Positions 43,301-58,590 of a DNA stretch of 64,000 nt are shown piece by piece. Position numbers and translations under genes: made by a program. Every line of letters begins with the position of its first letter. Position 1 is the stretch's first letter. This stretch comes from the human T2T-CHM13v2.0 reference genome, Homo sapiens. A model generated the notes under the pieces. It did not search any database. It had not been told where the DNA came from and worked only from the letters and a program-made list of their open reading frames with translations. The DNA lies in NCBI RefSeq assembly GCF_009914755.1, contig NC_060928.1. One strand, given 5' to 3'.

Positions 43301-46300
43301 GTACTTTGATATTTTATGTACAGTATATAATATATAGTTTGTGTACTTTGATATATTATGTACAGTATATAATACTTACTTGGGGTACTTTGATATTTTA
43401 TGTACAGTATATAATACATACTTTGTGTACTTTGATATTTTATATACAGTATATAATACATACTTTGGGTACTTTGATATTTTATGTACAGTATATAATA
43501 CATACTTTGGGTATCTTGATATTTTATGTACAGTATATAATGCATACTTTGGGTACTTTGATATTTTATGTACAGTATATAATGCATACTTTGAGTACTT
43601 TGATATTTTATGTACAGTATGTAATACATACTTTGGGTACTTTGATATTTTATGTATAGTATATAATACATACTTTGTGTAGTTTGATATTTTATGTACA
43701 GTATACAATATATAGTTTGAGTACTTTGATATTTTATGTCCAGTATAAAATATATAGTTTTCCTAATTGATATTTTATGTACAGAATATAGTTTGAGTAC
43801 TTTGATATTTTATGTACACTTTATTATAAATGTTTGGGTACTTTCATATTTTATGTACAGTATATAATACATACTTTGGTCTCTTTGATGTTTTATGTAC
43901 AGTATATAATACATACTTTGGGTTCTTTGATATTTTATGTGCAGAATATAATGCATAGTTTTAGGTACTTTTATATTTTATGTACAGTATATAATAGATA
44001 CTTTGGGTACTTTTTTATTTTATGTACAGTATATAATACATACTTTGGGAACTTTGATATTTTATGTACAGTATGTAATACATACTTTGGGTACTTTGAT
44101 ATTTTATGTACAGTATACAATATATAGTTTGAGTATTTTGATATTTTATGTCCAGTATAAAATACATAGATTTCATACTTTGATATTTTATGTACAGAAT
44201 ATAGTTTGAGTACTTTGATATTTTATGTACACTTTATCATAAAAGTTTGGGTACTTTCATATTTTACGTACAGTATATAATACATACTTTGGGCACTTTG
44301 ATGTTTTACGTACAGTATATAATACATACTTTGGGTCCTTTGATATGTTATGTACAGCATATAGTACATAATTTGGGGACTTTTATATTTTATGTACATT
44401 ATATAATACATACTTTGGGTACTTTTATATTTTATGTACGGTATATAATACATACTTTGGGTACTTTCATATATTATGTACAGTATATAATACATACTTT
44501 GGGTACTTTGATATATTATGTACAGTGTATAATACATACTTAGGGTACTTTGACATTTTATGTACAGTACATAATACATACTTTGGGTACTTTGATATTT
44601 TATGTACAGTATATAATACATACTTTGGGTACTTTGATATTTTATGTACAGTATATAATACATGTTTTGGGTACTTTTACATTTTATGTACAGTATATAA
44701 TATATAGTTTGGGTACTTTGATATTTTATGTACGGTATATAATACATACTTTGGGTACTTTGATATTTTATGTACAGTATATAATACATACCTTGGGTAC
44801 TTTGATATTTTATGTACAGTATATAATACATACTTTGGGTACTTTGATATTTAATGTACAGTATATAATACACACTTTGCGTACTTTGATATTTTATGTA
44901 AAGTATGTAATACATACTTTGGGTACTTTGATATTTTATCTACAGTATGTAATACACGCTTTGGGTACTTTGATATTTTATGTAGAGTATGTAAAACATA
45001 CTTTCGGTAGTTTGGTATTTTATGATCAGTATATAATACATATTTTGGGTACTTTGATGTTTTATGTACAGTATATAATACATACTTTAGGTTCTTTTAT
45101 ATTTTATGTACAGCATATACTACAAAATTTGGGGACTTTTATATTTTATGTACATTATATAATACATACTTTGGGTACTTTTATATTTTATGTACGGTAT
45201 ATAATACATACTTTGGGTACTTTGATAGTTTATGTACAGTATATAATACATACTTTGGGTAATTTGGTATATTATGTACAGTATATAATACATACTTAGG
45301 GTACTTTGACATTTTATGTACAGTATATAATACATACTTTGGGTACTTTGATATTTTATCTACAGTATATAATAGATACTTTGGGTACTTTGATATATTA
45401 TGTACAGTATATAATACATAGTTTGGTTACTTTGATATTTTTTGTACAGTATGTAAAACATACTTTGGGGAGTTTGATATTTTATGAACAGTATATAATA
45501 CACATTTTGGGTACTTTGATATTTTATGTACGGTATATAATACATACTTTGGGTACTTTGATATTTTATGTACAGTATATAATTCATACTTTGGGTACTT
45601 TGACATTTTATGTACAGTATATAATACATACTTTGGGTACTTTGATATTTTATGAACAGTATATAATACATACTTTGGGTACTTTGATATTTTATGTACT
45701 GTATATAATACATACTTTGGGTACTTTTATATTTTATGTACAGTATATAATATATAGTTTGGGTACTTTGATATTTTATGTACGGTATATAATACATACT
45801 TTGGGTACTTTGATATTTTATGTATAGTATATAATACATACTAAGCGCACTTTGATATTTTATGTACAGTATATAATACATACTTTGGTTACTCTGATAT
45901 TTTATGTACAGTGTATAATACATACTTTGGGTACTTTGATATTTTATGTATAGTATATAGTTTGAGTACTTTGATATTTTATGTACAGTTTTTTATAAAT
46001 ATTTGGGTGCTTTCATATTTTATGTACAGTATATAATACATACTAAGCGCACTTTGATATTTTATGTACAGTATATAATACATACTTTGGTTACTCTGAT
46101 ATTTTATGTACAGTGTATAATACATATTTTGGGTACTTTGATATTTTATGTACAATATATAATACATACGTTGGGAACTTTGATATATTATGTACATTAT
46201 ATAATTCATACTTTGGGTACTTTGATATTTTATGTACAGTATATAATACATACTATGGGTACTTTTCTATTTTATGTACAGTATATAATACATACTTTGT

Positions 46301-49300
46301 TTACTTTGATATTTAATGTACAGTATATAATACACGGTTTGCGTACTTTGATATTTTATGTAAAGCATGTAATACATAATTTGGGCAGTTTGATATTTTA
46401 TGTACAGTATGTAATACACACTTTGGGTACTTTGATATTTTATGTACAGTATGTAAAACATACTTTGGGTAGTTTGATATATTATGTACAGTATATAATG
46501 CATACTTTGGGTACTCTGATATTTTATGTACAGAGTATAATACGTACTTGGGGTACTTTGATATTTTATGTACAGTATATAATACATACATTGGGTACTT
46601 TGATATATTATGTACAGTATATAATACTTACTTGGGGTACTTTGATATTTTATGTACAGTATATAATACATACTTTGTGTACTTTGATATTTTATGTACA
46701 GTATATAATACATACTTTGGGTACTTTGATATTTTATGTACAGTATATAATACATACTTTGGGTATCTTGATATTTTATGTACAGTATATAATGCATAAT
46801 TTGGGTACTTTGATATTTTATGTACAGTATATAATGCATACTTTGAGTACTTTGATATTTTATGTACAGTATGTAATACATACTTTGGGTACTTTGATAT
46901 TTTATGTATAGTATATAATACATACTTTGTGTAGTTTGATATTTTATGTACAGTATACAATATATAGTTTGAGTACTTTGATATTTTATGTCCAGTATAA
47001 AATGTATAGTTTTCCTAATTGATATTTTATGTACAGAATATAGTTTGAGTACTTTGATATTTTATGCACACTTTATTATAAATGTTTGGGTACTTTCATA
47101 TTTTATGTACAGTATATAATACATACTTTGGTCTCTTTGATGTTTTATGTACAGTATATAATACATACTTTGGGTTCTTTGATATTTTATATGCAGAATA
47201 TAATGCATAGTTTTAGGTACTTTTATATTTTATGTACAGTATATAATACATACTTTGGGTACTTTTTTATTTTATGTACAGTATATAATACATACTTTGG
47301 GAACTTTGATATTTTATGTACAGTATGTAATACATACTTTGGGTACTTTGATATTTTATGTACAGTATACAATATATAGTTTGAGTACTTTGATATTTTA
47401 TGTCCAGTATAAAATACATAGATTTCATACTTTGATATTTTATGTACAGAATATAGTTTGACTACTTTGATATTTTATGTACACTTTATCATAAAAGTTT
47501 GGGTACTTTCATATTTTACGTACAGTATATAATACATACTTTGGGCACTTTGATGTTTTATGTACAGTATATAATACATACTTTGGGTTCTTTGATATGT
47601 TATGTACAGCATATAATACATAATTTGGGGACTTTTATATTTTATGTACATTATATAATACATACTTTGGGTACTTTTATATTTTATGTACGGTATATAA
47701 TATATACTTTGGGTACTTTGATATATTATGTACAGTATATAATACATACTTTGGGTACTTTGATATATTATGTACAGTATATAATACATACTTAGGGTAC
47801 TTTGACATTTTATGTACAGTACATAATACATACTTTGGGTACTTTGATATTTTATGTACAGTATATAATACATACTTTGGGTACTTTGATATTTTATGTA
47901 CAGTATATAATACATGTTTTGGGTACTTTTATATTTTATGTACAGTATATAATATATAGTTTGGGTACTTTGATATTTTATGTACGGTATATAATACATA
48001 CTTTGGGTACTTTGATATTTTATGTTCAGTATATAATACATACTTTGGGTACTTTGATATTTTATGTACAGTATATAATACATACTTTGGGTACTTTGAT
48101 AGTTAATGTACAGTATATAATACACACTTTGCGTACTTTGATATTTTATGTAAAGTATGTAATACACACTTTGGGTACTTTGATATTTTATGTAGAGTAT
48201 GTAAAACATACTTTGGGTAGTTTGGTATTTTATGATCAGTATATAATACATATGTTGGGTACTTTGATATTTTATGTACAGTATATAATACATACTTTGG
48301 GTACTTTGATATTTTATGTACAGTATATAATGCATAATTTGGGTACTTCAATAGTTTATGCACAGTATATAATACATACTTTGGGTAATTTGATATTTTA
48401 TGTACAGTATATAATGCATACTTTGGGTACTTTGATAGTTTATGTACAGTATACAATACATACTTTGGGTACTTTGATATTTTATGTACAGTATATAATA
48501 TGTAGTTTGGGTACTTTGATATTTTAACTACAGTATATAATACATACTTTGGGTACTTGGATATTTTATCTACAGTATATAATAGATACTTTGGGTACTT
48601 TGATATATTATGTACAGTATATAATACATAGTTTGGTTACTTTGATATTTTTTGTACAGTATGTAAAACATACTTTGGGGAGTTTGATATTTTATGAACA
48701 GTATATAATACACATTTTGGGTACTTTGATATTTTATGTACGGTATATAATACATACTTTGGGTACTTTGATATTTTATGTACAGTATATAATTCATACT
48801 TTGGGTACTTTGATATTTTATGTACAGTATATAATACATACATTGGGTACTTCGATATTTTATGTGCAGTACCCTATATATAGTTTGGGTACTTTGATAT
48901 TTTATGTCCAGTATAAAATAAATAGTTTTGGTACTTTGATATTTTATGTACAGTATATAGTTTGAGTACTTTGATATTTAATGTTCAGTTTATTATAAAT
49001 GTTTGGGTGCTTTCATATTTTATATACAGTATATAATACATACTTTCGGCACTTTGATATTTTCTGTACAGTATATAATACATACTTTGGGTACTTTGAT
49101 ATTTTATGTATGGTATATAATACATACATTGGGTACTTTGATATTTTATGTAAAGTATATAATATATAGTTTGGTTACTTTGGTATTTTATATACAGTAT
49201 ATAATATATATTATGTGTACTTTGATATATTATGTACAGTATATAATATATAGTATGGGTTGTTTGATATTTTATGTACAGTATATAATATATAGTTTGG

Positions 49301-52028
49301 GTAGTTTGATATTTTTAGTACAGTATGTAATATATAGTTTGTTTTATTTGATATTTTATGTACAGTATACAATATATAGTATTGGTACTTTGATATTTCA
49401 TGTAAAGTATATAGTTTGAGTACTTTGATATTTTATATGCAGTTTATTATAAATGTTTGGGTACCTTCATATTTTATGTACAGTATATAATACATACTTT
49501 GGGAACTTTTATTTTATGTGCAGTATATAATACATACTTTGGGTACTTTGATATTTCATGTACAGTATATAATACACACTTTGGGTACTTTGATATTTTA
49601 TGTAGAGTATATAATACACACTTTGGGTACTTTGATATTTTATGTACAGTATATAATACATACTTTGGGTACTTTGATGTATTATGTACAGTATATAATA
49701 CATACTTTGGGTACTTTGATATTTTATGTACAGTATATAATACATACTATTGGTACTTTGATATTTTATGTACAGTATACAATATATAGTTTGAGGACTT
49801 TGATATTTTATGTCCAGTATAAAATATATAGATTTCATACTTTGATATTTTATGTACTGAATGTAGTTTGAGTACTTTGATATTTTATGTACACTTTAAT
49901 ATAAAAGTTTGGGTACTTTCATATTTTACGTACAGTATATAATACATACTTTGGGCACTTTGATGTTTTATGTACAGTATATAATACATAATTTGGGTTC
50001 TTTGATATTTTATGTACAGCATATAATACATAATTTGGGGACTTATATTTTATGTACATTATATTATACATACTTTGGGTACTTTTATATTTTATGTACG
50101 GTATATAATACACACTTTGGGTACTTTGATATATTATGTACAGTATATAATACATACTTTGGGTACTTTGATATATTATGTACAGTATATAATACATACT
50201 AAGGGTACTTTGACATTTTATGTACAGTACATAATACATACTTTGGGTACTTTGATATTTTATGTACAGTATGTAATGCATACTTTGGATACTTTGATAT
50301 TTTATGTACAGTATATAATACATACTTTGGGTACTTTTATATTTTATGTACAGTATATAATATATAGTTTGGGTACTTTGATATTTTATGTACGGTATAT
50401 AATACATACTTTGGGTACTTTGATATTTTATGTACAGTATATAATACATACTTTGGGTACTCTGATATTTTATGTACCGTATACAATATATAGTTTGAGT
50501 ACTTTGATATTTTATGTACTGTATAAAATATATAGTTTTCGTACTTTGATATTTTATGTACAGTATATAGTTTGAGTACTTTGATATTTTATGTACAGTT
50601 TATTATAAATGTTTGGGTGCTTTCATATTTTATGTACAGTATATAATACATACAAAGGGCACTTTGTTATTTTATGTACAGTATATAATACATACTTTGG
50701 GTACTCTGATATTTTATGTACAGTGTATAATACATACTTTGGGTACTTTGATATTTTATGTACAATATATAATACATACGTTGGGAACTTTGATATATTA
50801 TGTACAGTATATAATACATACTTTGGGTACTTTGATATTTTATCTACAGTATACAACACATAGTTTGTGTACTTTGATATTTTATGTACAGTATATAATA
50901 CATACTTTGGGTACTTTGATATTTTATGTACAGTATATAATACATACTTTGGGTACTTTCATATTTTATGTACAGTATATAATACATAGTTTGGTTACTT
51001 TGATATTTTATCTACAGCTTATAATACATACTTTGGATACTTTGATACTTTATGTACAGTATATAATACATACTTTGGGTACTTTGATATTTTATGTACA
51101 GTATACAATATATAGTTTGAGTACTTTGATATTTTATGTGCAGTATAAAATATATAGTTTTGGTACTTTCATATTTTATGTACAGTATATAGTTTGAGTA
51201 CTTTGATATTTTATGTACAGTTTTTTATAAATGTTTGGGTGCTTTCCCATTTTATGTACAGTATATAATACATACTAAGGGCACTTTGATATTTTATGTA
51301 CAGTATATAATACATACTTCGGGTACTTTGATATTTTATGTACGTCATATAATATATAGTTTGGGTACTTTGATATTTTATGTACAGTATATAATACATA
51401 CCTTGGGTACTTTGATATTTTATGTACAGTACATAATATATAGTTTGGGTATGTTGATATTTTATGTACAGTATATAATACATACTTTGGGTACTTTGAT
51501 ATTTTATGTACAGTATATAGTACATACTTTGGGAACTTTGATATTTTATGTACAGTATGTAAAACATACTTTGGTTACTTTGATATTTTATGTACATTAT
51601 ATAATACATACTATTGGTACTTTGATATTTTATGTACATTATACAATATATAGTTTGAGTACTTTGATATTTTATGTCCAGTATAAAATATATAGATTTC
51701 ATACTTTGATATTTTATGTACAGAATATAGTTTGAGTACTTTGATATTTTATGTACAGTTTATTATAAAAGTTTGTGTACTTTCATATTTTACGTACAGT
51801 ATATAATACATACTTTGGGCACTTTGATGTTTTATGTACAGTATATAATACATAATTTAGGTTCTTTTATATTTTATGTACAGCATATAATACAAAATTT
51901 GGGATCTTTTATATTTTATGTACATTATATAATACATACTTTGGGTACTTTTATATTTTATGTACGGTATATAATACATACTTTGGGTACTTTGATATAT
52001 TATGTACAGTATATAATACATACTTTGG
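37326..52028. repeat. Macro-repeat copy 2 (shorter, with internal in-register losses)
   Basis: Rare variants are shared with copy 1: GTACTGTGAT, AGTGTTGGTAG, TAGTTCGGG, TGTTTCGG, TTGTTAAAAATG, AAAGATAC, ACAAACTTTG, ACAAAGGGC. Confidence 0.85.
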
Positions 52029-55000
52029 GTAATTTGATATATTATATACAGTATATAATACATACTTAGGGTACTTTGACATTTTATGTACAGTAAATAA
52101 TACATACTTTGGGTACTTTGATATTTTATGAACAGTATATAATACATACTTTGGGTACTTTGATATTTTTTGTACTGTATATAATACATACTTTGGGTAC
52201 TTTTATATTTTATGTACAGTATATAATATATAGTTTGGGTACTTTGATATTTTATGTACGGTATATAATACATACTTTGGGTACTTTGATATTTTATGTA
52301 TAGTATATAATACATACTTTGGGTACTTTGATATTGTATGTACAGTATACAATATATAGTTTGAGTTCTTTGATATTTTATGTACTGTATAAAATATATA
52401 GTTTTGGTACTTTGATATTTTATGTATAGTATATAGTTTGAGTACTTTGATATTTTATGTACAGTTTTTTATAAATATTTGGGTGCCTTCATATTTTATG
52501 TACAGTATATAATACATACTAAGCGCACTTTGATATTTTATGTACAGTATATAATACATACTTTGGTTACTCTGATATTTTATGTACAGTGTATAATACA
52601 TACTTTGGGTACTTTGATATTTTATGTACAATATATAATACATACGTTGGGAACTTTGATATATTATGTACAGTATATAATACATACTTTGGTACTTTGA
52701 TATTTTATGCACAGTATATAATACATAGTTTGTGTACTTTGATGTTTTATGTACAGTATATAATACATACTTTGGGTACTTTGATATTTTATATACAGTA
52801 TATAATACATACTTTGGGTACTTTCATATTTTATGTACAGTATATAATATATAGTTTGGGTACTTTGATATTTTATCTACAGCTTATAATACATACTTTG
52901 GGTACTTTGATACTTTATGTACAGTACATAATACATACTTTGGGTACTTTGATATTTTATGTACAGTATACAATATATAGTTTGAGTACTTTGATATTTT
53001 ATGTGCAGTATAAAATATATAGTTTTGGTACTTTGATATTTTATGTACAGTTTATAGTTTGAGTACTTTGATATTTTATGTACAGTTTATTATAAATGTT
53101 TGGGTACTTTCATATTTGATGTACAGTATATAATACATAATTTGGGCACTTTGATATTTTATGTACAGTATATAATACATACTTTGGGTACTTTTGTATT
53201 TTATGTACAGTATATAATACATACTTTTGGTACTTTGATATTTAATGTACAGTATATAATACACACTTTGCGTACTTTGATATTTTATGTAAAGCATGTA
53301 ATACATACTTTGGGCAGTTTGATATTTTATGTACAGTATGTAATACACAATTTGGGTACTTTGATATTTTATGTACAGTATGTAAAACATACTTTGGGTA
53401 GTTTGATATATTATGTACAGTATATAATACATACTTTGGGTACTCTGATATTTTATATACAGTGTATAATACATACTTTGGGTACTTTGATATTTTATGT
53501 ACAGTATATAATACATACATTGGGTACTTTGATATATTATGTACAGTATATAATACTTACTTGGGGTACTTTGATATTTTATGTACAGTATATAATACAT
53601 ACTTTGTGTACTTTGATATTTTATGTACAGTATATAACACATACTTTGGGTACTTTGATATTTTATGTACGGCATATAATACATACTTTGGGTATCTTGA
53701 TATTTTATGAACAGTATATAATGCATACTTTGAGTACTTTGATATTTTATGTACAGTATGTAATACATACTTTGGGTACTTTGATATTTTATGTATAGTA
53801 TATAATACATACTTTGTGTAGTTTGATATTTTATGTACAGTATACAATATATAGTTTGAGTACTTTGATATTTTATGTCCAGTATAAATTATATAGTTTT
53901 CCTAATTGATATTTTATGTACAGAATATAGTTTGAGTACTTTGATATTTTATGTACACTTTATTATAAATGTTTGGGTACTTTCATATTCTATGTACAGT
54001 ATATAATACATACTTTGGTCTCTTTGATGTTTTATGAACAGTATATAATACATACTTTGGGTTCTTTGATATTTTATGTACAGAATATAATGCATAGTTT
54101 TAGGTACTTTTATGTTTATGTACAGTATATAATACATACTTTGGGTACTTTGATATTTTATGTACAGTATATAATACATACTTTGGGAACTTTGATATTT
54201 TATGTACAGTATGTAATACATACTTTGGGTACTTTGATATTTTATGTACAGTATATAATACATATTATTGGTACTTTGATATTTTATGTACAGTATACAA
54301 TATATAGTTTGAGTACTTTGATATTTTATGTCCAGTATAAAATACATAGATTTCATACTTTGATATTTTATGTACAGAATATAGTTTGAGTACTTTGATA
54401 TTTTATGTACACTTTATCATAAAAGTTTGGGTACTTTCATATTTTACGTACAGTATATAATACATACTTTGGGCACTTTGATGTTTTATGTACAGTATAT
54501 AATACATACTTTGGGTTCTTTGATATGTTATGTACAGCATATAGTACATAATTTGGGGACTTTTATATTTTATGTACATTATATAATACATACTTTGCGT
54601 ACTTTTATATTTTATGTACGGTATATAATACATACTTTGGGTACTTTGATATATTATGTACAGTATATAATACATACTTTGGGTACTTTGATATATTATG
54701 TACAGTATATAATACATACTTAGGGTACTTTGACATTTTATGTACAGTACATAATACATACTTTGGGTACTTTGATATTTTATGTACAGTATATAATACA
54801 TACTTTGGGTACTTTGATATTTTATGTACAGTATATAATACATGTTTTGGGTACTTTTACATTTTATGTACAGTATATAATATATAGTTTGGGTACTTTG
54901 ATATTTTATGTACGGTATATAATACATACTTTGGGTACTTTGATATTTTATGTACAGTATATAATACATACTTTGGGTACTTTGATAATTTATGTACAGT

Positions 55001-58000
55001 ATATAATACATACTTTGGGTACTTTGATATTTAATGTACAGTATATAATACACACTTTGCGTACTTTGATATTTTATGTACAGTATGTAAAACATACTTT
55101 GGTTACTTTGATATTTTATGTACATTATATAATACATACTATTGGTACTTTGATATTTTATGTACATTATACAATATATAGTTTGAGTACTTTGATATTT
55201 TATGTCCAGTATAAAATATATAGATTTCATACTTTGATATTTTATGTACAGAATATAGTTTGAGTACTTTGATATTTTATGTACAGTTTATTATAAAAGT
55301 TTGTGTACTTTCATATTTTACGTACAGTATATAATACATACTTTGGGCACTTTGATGTTTTATGTACAGTATATAATACATAATTTAGGTTCTTTTATAT
55401 TTTATGTACAGCATATAATACAAAATTTGGGATCTTTTATATTTTATGTACATTATATAATACATACTTTGGGTACTTTTATATTTTATGTACGGTATAT
55501 AATACATACTTTGGGTACTTTGATATATTATGTACAGTATATAATACATACTTTGGGTAATTTGATATATTATATACAGTATATAATACATACTTAGGGT
55601 ACTTTGACATTTTATGTACAGTAAATAATACATACTTTGGGTACTTTGATATTTTATGAACAGTATATAATACATACTTTGGGTACTTTGATATTTTTTG
55701 TACTGTATATAATACATACTTTGGGTACTTTTATATTTTATGTACAGTATATAATATATAGTTTGGGTACTTTGATATTTTATGTACGGTATATAATACA
55801 TACTTTGGGTACTTTGATATTTTATGTATAGTATATAATACATACTTTGGGTACTTTGATATTGTATGTACAGTATACAATATATAGTTTGAGTTCTTTG
55901 ATATTTTATGTACTGTATAAAATATATAGTTTTGGTACTTTGATATTTTATGTATAGTATATAGTTTGAGTACTTTGATATTTTATGTACAGTTTTTTAT
56001 AAATATTTGGGTGCCTTCATATTTTATGTACAGTATATAATACATACTAAGCGCACTTTGATATTTTATGTACAGTATATAATACATACTTTGGTTACTC
56101 TGATATTTTATGTACAGTGTATAATACATACTTTGGGTACTTTGATATTTTATGTACAATATATAATACATACGTTGGGAACTTTGATATATTATGTACA
56201 GTATATAATACATACTTTGGTACTTTGATATTTTATGCACAGTATATAATACATAGTTTGTGTACTTTGATGTTTTATGTACAGTATATAATACATACTT
56301 TGGGTACTTTGATATTTTATATACAGTATATAATACATACTTTGGGTACTTTCATATTTTATGTACAGTATATAATATATAGTTTGGGTACTTTGATATT
56401 TTATCTACAGCTTATAATACATACTTTGGGTACTTTGATACTTTATGTACAGTACATAATACATACTTTGGGTACTTTGATATTTTATGTACAGTATACA
56501 ATATATAGTTTGAGTACTTTGATATTTTATGTGCAGTATAAAATATATAGTTTTGGTACTTTGATATTTTATGTACAGTTTATAGTTTGAGTACTTTGAT
56601 ATTTTATGTACAGTTTATTATAAATGTTTGGGTACTTTCATATTTGATGTACAGTATATAATACATAATTTGGGCACTTTGATATTTTATGTACAGTATA
56701 TAATACATACTTTGGGTACTTTTGTATTTTATGTACAGTATATAATACATACTTTTGGTACTTTGATATTTAATGTACAGTATATAATACACACTTTGCG
56801 TACTTTGATATTTTATGTAAAGCATGTAATACATACTTTGGGCAGTTTGATATTTTATGTACAGTATGTAATACACAATTTGGGTACTTTGATATTTTAT
56901 GTACAGTATGTAAAACATACTTTGGGTAGTTTGATATATTATGTACAGTATATAATACATACTTTGGGTACTCTGATATTTTATATACAGTGTATAATAC
57001 ATACTTTGGGTACTTTGATATTTTATGTACAGTATATAATACATACATTGGGTACTTTGATATATTATGTACAGTATATAATACTTACTTGGGGTACTTT
57101 GATATTTTATGTACAGTATATAATACATACTTTGTGTACTTTGATATTTTATGTACAGTATATAACACATACTTTGGGTACTTTGATATTTTATGTACGG
57201 CATATAATACATACTTTGGGTATCTTGATATTTTATGAACAGTATATAATGCATACTTTGAGTACTTTGATATTTTATGTACAGTATGTAATACATACTT
57301 TGGGTACTTTGATATTTTATGTATATTATATAATACATACTTTGTGTAGTTTGATATTTTATGTACAGTATACAATATATAGTTTGAGTACTTTGATATT
57401 TTATGTCCAGTATAAATTATATAGTTTTCCTAATTGATATTTTATGTACAGAATATAGTTTGAGTACTTTGATATTTTATGTACACTTTATTATAAATGT
57501 TTGGGTACTTTCATATTCTATGTACAGTATATAATACATACTTTGGTCTCTTTGATGTTTTATGAACAGTATATAATACATACTTTGGGTTCTTTGATAT
57601 TTTATGTACAGAATATAATGCATAGTTTTAGGTACTTTTATGTTTATGTACAGTATATAATACATACTTTGGGTACTTTGATATTTTATGTACAGTATAT
57701 AATACATACTTTGGGAACTTTGATATTTTATGTACAGTATGTAATACATACTTTGGGTACTTTGATATTTTATGTACAGTATATAATACATATTATTGGT
57801 ACTTTGATATTTTATGTACAGTATACAATATATAGTTTGAGTACTTTGATATTTTATGTCCAGTATAAAATACATAGATTTCATACTTTGATATTTTATG
57901 TACAGAATATAGTTTGAGTACTTTGATATTTTATGTACACTTTATCATAAAAGTTTGGGTACTTTCATATTTTACGTACAGTATATAATACATACTTTGG

Positions 58001-58590
58001 GCACTTTGATGTTTTATGTACAGTATATAATACATACTTTGGGTTCTTTGATATGTTATGTACAGCATATAGTACATAATTTGGGGACTTTTATATTTTA
58101 TGTACATTATATAATACATACTTTGCGTACTTTTATATTTTATGTACGGTATATAATACATACTTTGGGTACTTTGATATATTATGTACAGTATATAATA
58201 CATACTTTGGGTACTTTGATATATTATGTACAGTATATAATACATACTTAGGGTACTTTGACATTTTATGTACAGTACATAATACATACTTTGGGTACTT
58301 TGATATTTTATGTACAGTATATAATACATACTTTGGGTACTTTGATATTTTATGTACAGTATATAATACATGTTTTGGGTACTTTTACATTTTATGTACA
58401 GTATATAATATATAGTTTGGGTACTTTGATATTTTATGTACGGTATATAATACATACTTTGGGTACTTTGATATTTTATGTACAGTATATAATACATACT
58501 TTGGGTACTTTGATAATTTATGTACAGTATATAATACATACTTTGGGTACTTTGATATTTAATGTACAGTATATAATACACACTTTGCGT
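51535..58590. repeat. Direct tandem duplication, 2 x 3528 bp, nearly identical
   Basis: ORF pairs 51773/55301, 52455/55983, 53076/56604, 53949/57477, 54427/57955 and 54730/58258. Junction near 55063. One visible difference: G53798 vs T57326. Confidence 0.92.

Noticed and set aside
51535-55062. 3528 = exactly 84 x 42, suggesting a perfect 84-mer HOR
   Set aside because: The unit contains five -8 bp cassettes plus small indels, so it is about 85 monomers minus 42 bp. The exact multiple is a coincidence, and only two copies exist.
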